Of a stretch of 64,000 nt of DNA, positions 44,712 through 52,412 are shown piece after piece (the first letter of the stretch is position 1; each line of letters opens with the position of its first letter). The stretch spans positions 703 to 64,702 of the forward strand of contig CAYVDC010000002.1 in the NCBI GenBank assembly GCA_964450735.1, written 5' to 3'. The stretch is from an uncultured Candidatus Saccharibacteria bacterium. Its GTDB lineage: Bacteria; Patescibacteriota; Minisyncoccia; Phycocordibacterales; UBA9973. The notes below the pieces were generated by a model. That model ran no database searches, was not told the origin of the DNA, and was given only the letters and a program-made list of their open reading frames with translations. Both the position numbers and the translations under genes were made by a program.

Positions 44712-45494
44712 TTAGTGTGAGGTAGTGTAGAAACAATAAATAACAAACAGCCATGATGTAATGTTTCCCGTTTCAGCAATCAATACACCTATAGCGTTTC
44801 TTCTTCTGAACTCTTCTTTGTCATGTTTGTGAATATGCCTATAGTAGGCAAGTTTACAAATGATCAATCCAAGCCCAATGACAAGGGATGCTCCAGCAAC
44901 ACCTTTTGTGCCGGCACTTAAAATATTAATGCCTGATACGAATTGTGGAACAACCACGATTACAAAGCCAATAATTCCACAAAAATACGGATTAAAGAAT
45001 GGTTCTTTGGTTCGCATTTTTGCCAGAACGTATAAAGCCAACACAATGCCGATAACTACTTTGAATGTCATCCAGTCTCGTTCTTTAAAAACATCCAATA
45101 TATCGAGATGTTCTACAAACATTCTTTCATAGCCACAAGTCGCGGATAGTATGCAGTACGCAGCGGCGCTTACCATATACAATATGCAACCTGCCCTGGC
45201 ATCTTTCTGGATTAAAGAGATATCTGACTTATACCAATTTTCCCATGTCGGTTTCCAGATAATTGAACTAAGCACTGCGTTAAAAAGGTCAAAAAAGAAG
45301 AGACAGCAAAATACGGAAATGGTTACTCCTTCAGTTCCCTGCATGCCTTTCATTGCAACATTTTGAAAATATACTGCAAAGGGGGCACCGAGGACTTGAG
45401 AAGCACCAAAAAGGTACGGCGGAGGTATTTTATTCAGTTTCATAGAAGGAATTTGGTTGGCGCCTATTATACCACAAATAGCGTATAAAATCAA
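44712..45494 (-). CDS. Hypothetical polytopic membrane protein
   Basis: 260-aa ORF with 6-7 TM helices and no recognisable motif. Confidence 0.4.
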   Translation of the reverse strand: MILYAICGIIGANQIPSMKLNKIPPPYLFGASQVLGAPFAVYFQNVAMKGMQGTEGVTISVFCCLFFFDLFNAVLSSIIWKPTWENWYKSDISLIQKDARAGCILYMVSAAAYCILSATCGYERMFVEHLDILDVFKERDWMTFKVVIGIVLALYVLAKMRTKEPFFNPYFCGIIGFVIVVVPQFVSGINILSAGTKGVAGASLVIGLGLIICKLAYYRHIHKHDKEEFRRRNAIGVLIAETGNITSWLFVIYCFYTTSH

Positions 45495-45520
45495 TACTTC
45501 TCGTCTGGTATACTCTCAAC

Positions 45521-46459
45521 ATGCCTGAACTCCCTGAAGTCCAAACAACCGTCGCAAGCCTCCAGAAAGTCCTTCCAAAATTGACTATTAAAGACGTTTG
45601 GAGTGATCTTCCTTCCAAGCGTCACGGAGTTCTTCATTATGCCGAATCGCTCAAAGACCCCGTGTTCTATCAGAAGTTTAAAAAAGTAGTTACTGGCGCG
45701 AAAGTAATTTCAGTTAAGCGCCGGGCGAAGAATATTCTGATCAATCTCTCGAACAAAAATACAATCCTAGTACATATGAAAATGACCGGACATTTTTTGT
45801 ATGGTGATTATGCTTTCGACAAGAAGACAAATAGTTGGTATGCGACAAAGCCCGGCCCCCTTTCCGAAGATCCGTTCAACAAATTCCTACATACAGTATT
45901 TACGCTTTCTAATGGAAAGTTCCTCGCACTTTCCGATATGCGAAAATTCGCGAAGATTACTTTGGTTCCAACAAAAGAATTGCATGATTCGAAGCATCTT
46001 GCTGGTCTTGGTCCTGAGCCATTAGAGAAAGTGTTTACCTTCAAAGTATTCTGTGAACAACTGGGAACTCAGCCGAATGGAAAAATCAAACCTACGCTGA
46101 TGGATCAGACAGTCATCGCCGGTATTGGAAATATTTATTCAGATGAGGCGCTCTGGCTTGCTGGCATTCATCCTAAAGAACGGATAAAAAATATATCAAA
46201 ACAAAAAATAAAGCTGCTCTATCCTGCAGTGATTGCAGTACTCAAAAAAGGAATCGATTTCAAGGGAGACTCAACCAGCGACTACCGAGACATTGATGGG
46301 CGTGCTGGAAAATTCAGCGGAATGCACAACGCCTATCGTAAAACCGGAAAGCCCTGTGGCAAACGTGGCTGCTCAGGTGTTATACTTCGTAAAGTCGTAG
46401 CCGGACGAAGCGCGCATTTCTGTTCAGTACACCAAAAGCTTCAGAACAAGACGGCATAA
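45521..46459 (+). CDS. mutM: Formamidopyrimidine-DNA glycosylase (Fpg/Nei family)
   Basis: The N-terminal MPELPEV carries the catalytic Pro2/Glu3. The H2TH region and a C-terminal zinc finger (CGKRGC...HFCSVHQK) are present. Confidence 0.85.
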   Translation: MPELPEVQTTVASLQKVLPKLTIKDVWSDLPSKRHGVLHYAESLKDPVFYQKFKKVVTGAKVISVKRRAKNILINLSNKNTILVHMKMTGHFLYGDYAFDKKTNSWYATKPGPLSEDPFNKFLHTVFTLSNGKFLALSDMRKFAKITLVPTKELHDSKHLAGLGPEPLEKVFTFKVFCEQLGTQPNGKIKPTLMDQTVIAGIGNIYSDEALWLAGIHPKERIKNISKQKIKLLYPAVIAVLKKGIDFKGDSTSDYRDIDGRAGKFSGMHNAYRKTGKPCGKRGCSGVILRKVVAGRSAHFCSVHQKLQNKTA

Positions 46460-46484
46460 TTACAAACTAATTTTTAAAACTATT

Positions 46485-46679
46485 ATGAGTGGACACGGAG
46501 GAGGCGGAAGCGGTATCGGAAAAGTAATAGGCATAGTCATATTGGTCATTTGTGTGATGTTCGTTATTTGGTATTACACGGGAGGACCAGAACGTGCAAA
46601 CACAGCGGACCCATTTCAAAAGCCGCTCGCACCTATTGATACAGGCGAGACTTATGGCCCAGGAGAGATCGTAAACTAA
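46485..46679 (+). CDS. Small hypothetical membrane protein
   Basis: 64 aa with a Gly-rich N-terminus (MSGHGGGGSGIGK) and one TM helix. Confidence 0.3.
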   Translation: MSGHGGGGSGIGKVIGIVILVICVMFVIWYYTGGPERANTADPFQKPLAPIDTGETYGPGEIVN

Positions 46680-47152
46680 ATCCCAAGTATTCGAAACAGG
46701 GCGATGCCTCCAGCAACGGAGACATTAAGCGACTCTTTCTCCCCTTTCATAGGAATCTCGGCAATGGTTGTAGAGAGTTTCAAAGCTGTTTTTGAAACAC
46801 CCTCGACTTCATTACCTAAAATAAAAGCGACCTTTTCGGTGGCTTTTATTTTTTTGTAATCAACGGAGTCTTTTGACTGCTCAATGGCAATAATCTGAAA
46901 ACCCTCTTTTGAAAGCTTTTTGAGTACTGGAGAAATTGTTTTTATATGTTCCCAGGCGATTGTTTTTTCTGCTCCTAGAGCTGCTTTGGCAATGTCGCTT
47001 CGAGGGCGATCAAATCTATCAACTGGGTCAGGAGTATAGCCGACAATGTATATTTTTGAAATTCCTGCTGCATCAGCAGTGCGAAAGAGCGCCCCGACGT
47101 TTTGAGCGGAACGGATGTTTTCGAGGATGAGAATGGAAGTGTTAGTTTTCAT
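46676..47152 (-). CDS. SpoU/TrmH-family RNA 2'-O-methyltransferase
   Basis: LILENIRSAQNVGALFRTADAAGI is the SpoU motif 1. FILGNEVEGVS and PMKGEKESLNVSVAGGIALF are motifs 2 and 3. I set the start at MKTNTS. Confidence 0.75.
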   Translation of the reverse strand: MKTNTSILILENIRSAQNVGALFRTADAAGISKIYIVGYTPDPVDRFDRPRSDIAKAALGAEKTIAWEHIKTISPVLKKLSKEGFQIIAIEQSKDSVDYKKIKATEKVAFILGNEVEGVSKTALKLSTTIAEIPMKGEKESLNVSVAGGIALFRILGI

Positions 47153-47750
47153 TGGTTTTAAAATGCGCGTCCATTGATTGAATAAAATAATGCTGCAATT
47201 CTTGTGTCGGGATAGAATTGAAAACATACGGCTGTGCCCATGGTCGGCGATCTATTTCTTTTTGAATATTTTCGGGGTGCGAATAGATCTCACCGATGTC
47301 GATGATTGCAAACGTGCCGTCGGGCTTGATGCCAAAATTTGAACCGAGGTTAAAGCTCTTGTCGACGAAGCGAAGATCAATAAGCTTATCAGTGAAGGAC
47401 AGGAATGCGTCCACTACTTTTCTGCCTTCCTCGAGTGAAACACGGCGTAAGTAATGCGAAACAGATTCGACATAATCTTGTTCGTAATCAATTCCGTTTT
47501 CAAGGATACGCGGATTACCGATCAGCTCGGGACTGATTTTCATATCTTGGATTTTTTGAAAAGAACTTTTGATATTACTATCAGACGCATGGTAGTGCTT
47601 AGCAAACCGGGGAAACGGATCTTTAGTGTGCTGTAGATACGAACAAAGCATCTGCCAATACGCGACAATCCGAGAATTGCGCTTCTTGAATACTCGGCCA
47701 TTACCAAGATCATATGTTGTATATTGCCAGCCGCGGCCGAGTAGTTTCAT
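47142..47750 (-). CDS. Hypothetical protein, possibly protein-kinase-like fold
   Basis: LLGRGWQYTTYDLGNGRVFKK resembles a Gly-rich loop followed by a Lys, and IDIGE resembles a DFG-like segment. Both matches are weak. Confidence 0.3.
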   Translation of the reverse strand: MKLLGRGWQYTTYDLGNGRVFKKRNSRIVAYWQMLCSYLQHTKDPFPRFAKHYHASDSNIKSSFQKIQDMKISPELIGNPRILENGIDYEQDYVESVSHYLRRVSLEEGRKVVDAFLSFTDKLIDLRFVDKSFNLGSNFGIKPDGTFAIIDIGEIYSHPENIQKEIDRRPWAQPYVFNSIPTQELQHYFIQSMDAHFKTNEN

Positions 47751-47754
47751 ACGG

Positions 47755-48333
47755 TTAATAATTTTCTATTGAGATTCCAAGACCTTTGAGAGCTACAGCA
47801 ATATCTTTCACGGGCAGTCCAACAATACTGTCATAATCTCCTTCTACTTTTTCAACAAATCCTGCGCCGCCACCCTGGATGGCGTATCCTCCCGCGCGCT
47901 CAAGAGGCTCGCCCGTTGCGATATAGCTGTCGATGTCCTGATCTGAATAATTGTTAAAGAAAACCTTTGCTTCCACGACATCATTTATGACAGTTCCAGT
48001 TTCCGTATCAATAACAGCGTATCCAGTAAGCACGGAATGCTGCTTGCCACGAAGCGCGATCAGCACTTCTTTCGCTTTTTCTGCAGTGTGCGGCTTACCC
48101 AAAACTTTGTCCTCAAATGCCAAAAACGTATCGGAGCCGATAATAATACCTTGTTCTTTGCCAGCAACCGACTGTGCCTTACCCAAGGAGAGAAACTTTG
48201 CCAGTTCAAGAGAAGGCATATTAAGCGTCATATCTTCTTCATAATCACCAGGGATAACCTTAAACGGAATACCGAGTTTGGCCATAAGTTCCTGACGGCG
48301 TGGAGAGGTTGAAGCAAGAATGATGCGTTTCAT
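47755..48333 (-). CDS. maf: Maf-like nucleoside triphosphate pyrophosphatase (septum formation protein Maf)
   Basis: The start MKRIILASTSPRRQELM is the canonical Maf N-terminus, and GSDTF...GKP...YSIVGLP follows. Confidence 0.85.
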   Translation of the reverse strand: MKRIILASTSPRRQELMAKLGIPFKVIPGDYEEDMTLNMPSLELAKFLSLGKAQSVAGKEQGIIIGSDTFLAFEDKVLGKPHTAEKAKEVLIALRGKQHSVLTGYAVIDTETGTVINDVVEAKVFFNNYSDQDIDSYIATGEPLERAGGYAIQGGGAGFVEKVEGDYDSIVGLPVKDIAVALKGLGISIENY

Positions 48334-48433
48334 AGAATGAGTATAGCAAAAAATGGTTTTATTTGAAGGGCAGATAAGCAAATCAAATCTAGATCTTTTA
48401 CTTTACTTGACTAAAGTACTTTAGTTTGCTAAA

Positions 48434-48778
48434 GTGGGTTATATGGAACTCAATTGGAACACCAAAGAAAATAAGCAATTCGTAGACGCAATCCTCTACC
48501 TCAAAAATGAGGACGAGGCGAAACGTTTTCTGCGTGACCTACTCACCCCTCAGGAAATTGAGGAATTTTCAAAGCGCCTTGAAACAGCTCGCTTGTTAAC
48601 AGAGGAGCTTTCCTATTCTTCAATCGTCAAAAAAACTGGTCTTTCTTCCACCACAGTCGCCCGTATTTCAAAATGGCTCAAAGGATCTCTTGGTGGATAC
48701 CGCCTCATTCTTGTTCGCCTTGCAAAGCATCATCATACCCTCTCATCTTCTGGGAAAGGGTTGTCTTTGCATTCGTAA
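48434..48778 (+). CDS. YerC/YecD (TrpR-like) family protein
   Basis: LLTPQEIEEFSKRLETARLL...SYSSIVKKTGLSSTTVARISKWLKGS matches the YerC/YecD Trp-repressor-like pattern. Confidence 0.65.
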   Translation: MGYMELNWNTKENKQFVDAILYLKNEDEAKRFLRDLLTPQEIEEFSKRLETARLLTEELSYSSIVKKTGLSSTTVARISKWLKGSLGGYRLILVRLAKHHHTLSSSGKGLSLHS

Positions 48779-48795
48779 CATTGTTTCGAAGCCAG

Positions 48796-48824
48796 CCCCT
48801 TCCCCGTTTGGTGGAAGGGGTTTT
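48796..48824 (+). terminator. Rho-independent terminator
   Basis: ccccttcc-ccgtttggt-ggaaggggtttt. Confidence 0.7.
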
Positions 48825-48861
48825 ATTATTTATAACCCTAACAATTCTTTAAAATTAAAAA

Positions 48862-49353
48862 ATGAAAAAGACTAACCAAAAAGAAATTTTGAACAATTTA
48901 TTGCACAATCCATCAATGAAATATGACGGGTTGTACGAACAAATTAATTGGGCTCGATGGAGCAAAGACGCTATTGCCGACTTTTTAATCAGTTATCCTG
49001 ATCAAACTCTTGCTAGGTTTTACATTCTTGAGCATGGCTTTTTAACGAATACCGACGCTATAAAGAAAGTATTTTTATTTTTCGAGGAGAGAACTTGTCA
49101 GACATGCGATCGGATTATTGAACTGTTTAGCACTCAATTACCAGAAGAATTGACTGTTCTTTATTTTCTTAAAAAGGAAAATAAACTTGGGAATTGTTCA
49201 TACTATAATCTATACAGAGCTACGTTAATCCTACAATATTGCCTTCTTTCCCCTGGGAATAAAAAGATCATGGAAGAGAAGAAATCTTTATACGCGAAAC
49301 AGGAAGAAACGCGACAAAGTACGTACCAAGGTGGAGGAGATGGGAGACATTAA
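48862..49353 (+). CDS. Hypothetical protein
   Basis: 163-aa ORF with a hairpin (aaccagtatgt-tacg-acatactggtt) immediately downstream and no recognisable motif. Confidence 0.35.
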   Translation: MKKTNQKEILNNLLHNPSMKYDGLYEQINWARWSKDAIADFLISYPDQTLARFYILEHGFLTNTDAIKKVFLFFEERTCQTCDRIIELFSTQLPEELTVLYFLKKENKLGNCSYYNLYRATLILQYCLLSPGNKKIMEEKKSLYAKQEETRQSTYQGGGDGRH

Positions 49354-49515
49354 AAATGAACCAGTATGTTACGACATACTGGTTTTATTATAAACCCATA
49401 CAAATTACTCGGGATACGGGATCTCCGCTACTGCGGCAGGTGCTTTTCCACCTCGCTTCGCTCGTACGGAAAAGCCTTTCGATCCCTTACGCGAGCCAAG
49501 CAGTTGGCTCGCTCC

Positions 49516-49572
49516 GTGGTGCACACAATACAAAAGGCCGCCGGCTTAGCCGGCGGCCTTTTGTATTGTGTG
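49516..49572. terminator. 27-bp perfect palindrome abutting the 3' end of tRNA-Lys
   Basis: gtgcacacaatacaaaaggccgccggc-tta-gccggcggccttttgtattgtgtgcac. Confidence 0.7.
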
Positions 49573-49643
49573 CACCCGGAAGGGATCGAACCTTCGACCA
49601 TTTGCTTAAGAGGCAACTGCTCTACCAGCTGAGCTACGGGTGC
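49571..49643 (-). tRNA. tRNA-Lys (anticodon CUU)
   Basis: Reverse-complement fold. The acceptor stem is gcacccg/cgggtgc, the D-arm is gctc-agctggta-gagc, and the anticodon stem gttgc/gcaaa (one G.A mismatch) carries the loop ctCTTaa. The T-arm is gaagg-ttcgatc-ccttc and the discriminator is A. Confidence 0.85.
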
Positions 49644-49732
49644 ATTCGTGCGTATTTATCGCGTACGTAAAGTAACATATATTGCGATAAAAATCAATTT
49701 GTATTACTTCTACGAAGGGCTATACTGAGTAT

Positions 49733-50326
49733 ATGAAAAAGAATAACAATATATTGATCATAAGCGCCATCGTACTCGTTATCATTATCGGCGTCGCTTT
49801 TGCCTTCAAAGCTTCAAGCGCACCAAGCAAATATCAGCCATTCGCACAGGGAATGACCGACAACGGAACCAAGTTCTACGGAGCTTTCTGGTGTCCTCAC
49901 TGCCAGGCACAAGAAAAAGAACTCGGCATGACTCGCCAATCTCTCGAAAAAATGGGGCTCTATCATGAGTGTTCCCTTGCAAGCGGACAGGGACAGACAC
50001 AGCTTTGTATCGATGCAAAAATCGAAAGCTACCCTACTTGGGTCTATCCAAAAGAATTTTCTCTTACTACAAACCTCAAGCCAACAATCTGTGAAATTCA
50101 GCCTGGACCAGCAGAGCAAGATGCTTCATGCAAATCGTACGGATCAAAATTCTTCAAGACTTGGGTCTTTGCAGTTGATAAAGGTTTGACCATTCAAAGC
50201 GCAACAGAGCCGAAACATGAAGGAGATGTCTGGACATATGCAGCAGGCTCACGAACGACAGGTGAAATCACCCTCGAACGCCTCTCAAGCTTTTCAGGAG
50301 TAGCGCTTCCAGTTGAAGCAAAATAA
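49733..50326 (+). CDS. DsbA-like thiol:disulfide oxidoreductase (membrane-anchored, CPHC active site)
   Basis: N-terminal TM anchor and FYGAFWCPHCQAQE, a thioredoxin-fold CxxC motif. It is adjacent to a DsbB-like gene. Confidence 0.65.
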   Translation: MKKNNNILIISAIVLVIIIGVAFAFKASSAPSKYQPFAQGMTDNGTKFYGAFWCPHCQAQEKELGMTRQSLEKMGLYHECSLASGQGQTQLCIDAKIESYPTWVYPKEFSLTTNLKPTICEIQPGPAEQDASCKSYGSKFFKTWVFAVDKGLTIQSATEPKHEGDVWTYAAGSRTTGEITLERLSSFSGVALPVEAK

Positions 50327-50331
50327 CCTGT

Positions 50332-50865
50332 ATGTCACCATTAACCGAAACAATTAACTTTATAGCAGCCCTCGGAACACTGACGCTTGGCGCATGTGCT
50401 GTAGCACTTCTTGTCGCTCATCTTATACACCGAAAGAAAGCCCATCATATTTTAGATAAAATAACCAAATGGTTGTTGTGGCTTGGACTGGCAATAGCAA
50501 CGTCATCAATCGCTGCAAGCTTAATCTACTCAGGCGTTATTGGATATGCTCCTTGCCAGCTTTGTTGGTGGCAGCGCGTACTGATTTATCCGCAAGTGCT
50601 CCTCTATGCGATTGCCATCTTTGCGGAAGACAGAAAAATATTCCGCTATACGCTTGCTCTTTCACTCGTCGGAGTAGTCTTCTCTCTCTATCATAATTAT
50701 CTAGACTGGGGAGGAAGCGCGCTCATTGCATGCGACGCTTCGGTCTCATGTACGATGCGATATGTTAATGAATTTGGCTTCGTAACAATCCCCCTTATGT
50801 CGCTTTTGTCGCTTACCAGCCTTGCAGTTATTGCTTGGATTGGACTTGAGAGAAATCAGGGATAG
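50332..50865 (+). CDS. DsbB/BdbC-family disulfide bond formation protein B
   Basis: Four TM helices, APCQLCWWQR in the first periplasmic loop (the DsbB CxxC...QR motif) and a second Cys pair (CDASVSC). Confidence 0.8.
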   Translation: MSPLTETINFIAALGTLTLGACAVALLVAHLIHRKKAHHILDKITKWLLWLGLAIATSSIAASLIYSGVIGYAPCQLCWWQRVLIYPQVLLYAIAIFAEDRKIFRYTLALSLVGVVFSLYHNYLDWGGSALIACDASVSCTMRYVNEFGFVTIPLMSLLSLTSLAVIAWIGLERNQG

Positions 50866-51083
50866 GTTATCCACAACGCCGGCTCGCAAAGCGAGCCGGC
50901 GTTCGTGTATACTAGATGTAAGTTTGACATACGGAGCGCTAGTGAATGTAACCCTCTTCGGGATTCAACTTTGCACCAAGTCCTCTGTACCAGAAGCACT
51001 ATCATTATTTGTAGCTTCGCGTCGTTGTTCTTTCAACAATAAAATCTTCTCAGTTAATTCTGTTCTTTGTATCAAAAAGGCTA

Positions 51084-51138
51084 AAGAGCCTCGAGCATGC
51101 AACCATACGTTGGTTTCATACTCGAGGCTCTTTTTTTA
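51084..51138 (+). terminator. Compound terminator
   Basis: aagagcctcgag ... ctcgaggctctttttttatt, with an inner hairpin aacca-tacg-ttggtt. A GC hairpin aacgccggctcgc-aaa-gcgagccggcgtt sits upstream at 50875-50903. Confidence 0.65.
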
Positions 51139-51226
51139 TTTCGCGAAAGCGAAATACCGCGCCCAGCGTGGTACTACTAAAATTCCCACACCAGGGGCGT
51201 GCAGCCACAAAGTGTAGGAACAACTG
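51138..51226 (+). repeat. Copy 3 of the dispersed structured element
   Basis: The first hairpin is atttcgc-gaaa-gcgaaat. It is followed by ccgcgcccagcgtggtac, the spacer aaaattcc, the second helix partner gggcg, and the tail cgtgcagccacaaagtgtaggaacaactg. Confidence 0.6.
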
Positions 51227-51249
51227 AAATCATGTTTCAGAACTTGTAT

Positions 51250-51903
51250 TTAGATAACTTTCAATATAAACCTCTCCAATTCCTCCTCAATATCAAACAG
51301 TCCATTGTGCGCTCCATGAACGATGCGGACCAATTCTCGTGACGCGTTCTCGAGCTCACCTTTTTTCCAAGCGGAGAGTCTGTTTTTGGTAAACATATTT
51401 TTTACTGCCCAGAACAAAACCCCGATGATTGCTTCTGGCGCCTGTTCATGAAAAATGGCCTCGCGGTACAAGAGCCATGTCCCCTTTTTATCTTTTGCCG
51501 AGAAAGCATCAGTTAGCGCAAAAATATTGAATTCTTTTTTCTTTGCTTCTTTGGGTTCATCGCAGAGAATTATTTGCGCGCCGGATTTTTCAAGCGACTT
51601 CACGATGTCTTTAGTCAGCTCGCGCTCCATGATAAAGATGGTATTTGATGACTCCGCAAGGCGAGGTGCAAAGTCCAAGAGTATTTCGCCGAATGATTCA
51701 TTTAGAAATGGGTATTCAAATGCTAGCGAAAGAGTGTCATCGAATAACGACGAGCCGCCTGAAATTTGTTCGAGCTCAGCGATTGATGATTCACTCGCTG
51801 ATTTAGAAATAACATCAGCATTCTCTATGCCAAGTTTTTTCAACAGCTGGTCGCGCGCTTCGTGACGCTTCTCTGCGCTTGTTCCATAGATAAGGTACAG
51901 CAT
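51250..51903 (-). CDS. holA: DNA polymerase III delta subunit-like protein (short HolA)
   Basis: MLYLIYGTS is a HolA-like N-terminus. It lies in the same strand block as polA. At 217 aa it is shorter than a typical HolA. Confidence 0.5.
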   Translation of the reverse strand: MLYLIYGTSAEKRHEARDQLLKKLGIENADVISKSASESSIAELEQISGGSSLFDDTLSLAFEYPFLNESFGEILLDFAPRLAESSNTIFIMERELTKDIVKSLEKSGAQIILCDEPKEAKKKEFNIFALTDAFSAKDKKGTWLLYREAIFHEQAPEAIIGVLFWAVKNMFTKNRLSAWKKGELENASRELVRIVHGAHNGLFDIEEELERFILKVI

Positions 51904-51912
51904 TGATCGTAA

Positions 51913-52380
51913 CTACTTAACCTGGTTTTTATATTGTTTGTATTCGTCGCCGTATTTTTCTTGGAGAAGCTTTTCTTCTTTTGGCAGAAAGAAAACTTTC
52001 GTAATAACAAAAGCAATAAGTGTTGTTACAACAATTGAAATTGAATTGAAAAGAAAACCGAGGCCAATGATCATCAAAAAAAGTCCAAGGTGTGTCGGGC
52101 TGCGGCTAAATGTATATGGCCCGCGGAAAAAATCATGCGTATGTGTTGTTGGATCAACAGTGATCTGCTTGACTGCAAGCTTGTGCGAGGTGTGCTGTGC
52201 CCACAATATGAGCGCAGGACCAATGAACATGAGAACAAATCCTACTGGCGTCAAGAACGGCGCATCAAAGCGAAGCGCAAATTTTGTATCAATCAAAAGC
52301 CCTAGCAAGAACGTTGCAAAGTATACGAGATATGAGTGTCCTAAAACAGTATGGACAAGGAAGCTTTTGTCGATTTTCAT
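51913..52380 (-). CDS. Isoprenylcysteine carboxyl methyltransferase / phospholipid methyltransferase (ICMT/PEMT) family membrane protein
   Basis: FFRGPYTFSRSPTHLG...LPKEEKLLQEKYGDEYKQYK matches the C-terminal ICMT/PEMT motif (RHPxY...EE..L...FG..Y..Y). Confidence 0.7.
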   Translation of the reverse strand: MKIDKSFLVHTVLGHSYLVYFATFLLGLLIDTKFALRFDAPFLTPVGFVLMFIGPALILWAQHTSHKLAVKQITVDPTTHTHDFFRGPYTFSRSPTHLGLFLMIIGLGFLFNSISIVVTTLIAFVITKVFFLPKEEKLLQEKYGDEYKQYKNQVK

Positions 52381-52412
52381 ACTAATAGATTAACTATACA
52401 CTAAGGCACCCC

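Noticed and set aside
49356-49670. ORFs called across the tRNA-Lys region (49356-49670, 49366-49632, 49428-49616)
   Set aside because: They overlap a well-folded tRNA and a 27-bp palindrome. They are artefacts of the GC-rich structured sequence.
15838-51226. Whether the three repeated elements form a CRISPR-like array
   Set aside because: The copies are 28 kb and 7.5 kb apart, have no regular spacing and no cas genes. Their sequences are long (~90 nt) and differ in their stems. They are dispersed, not arrayed.
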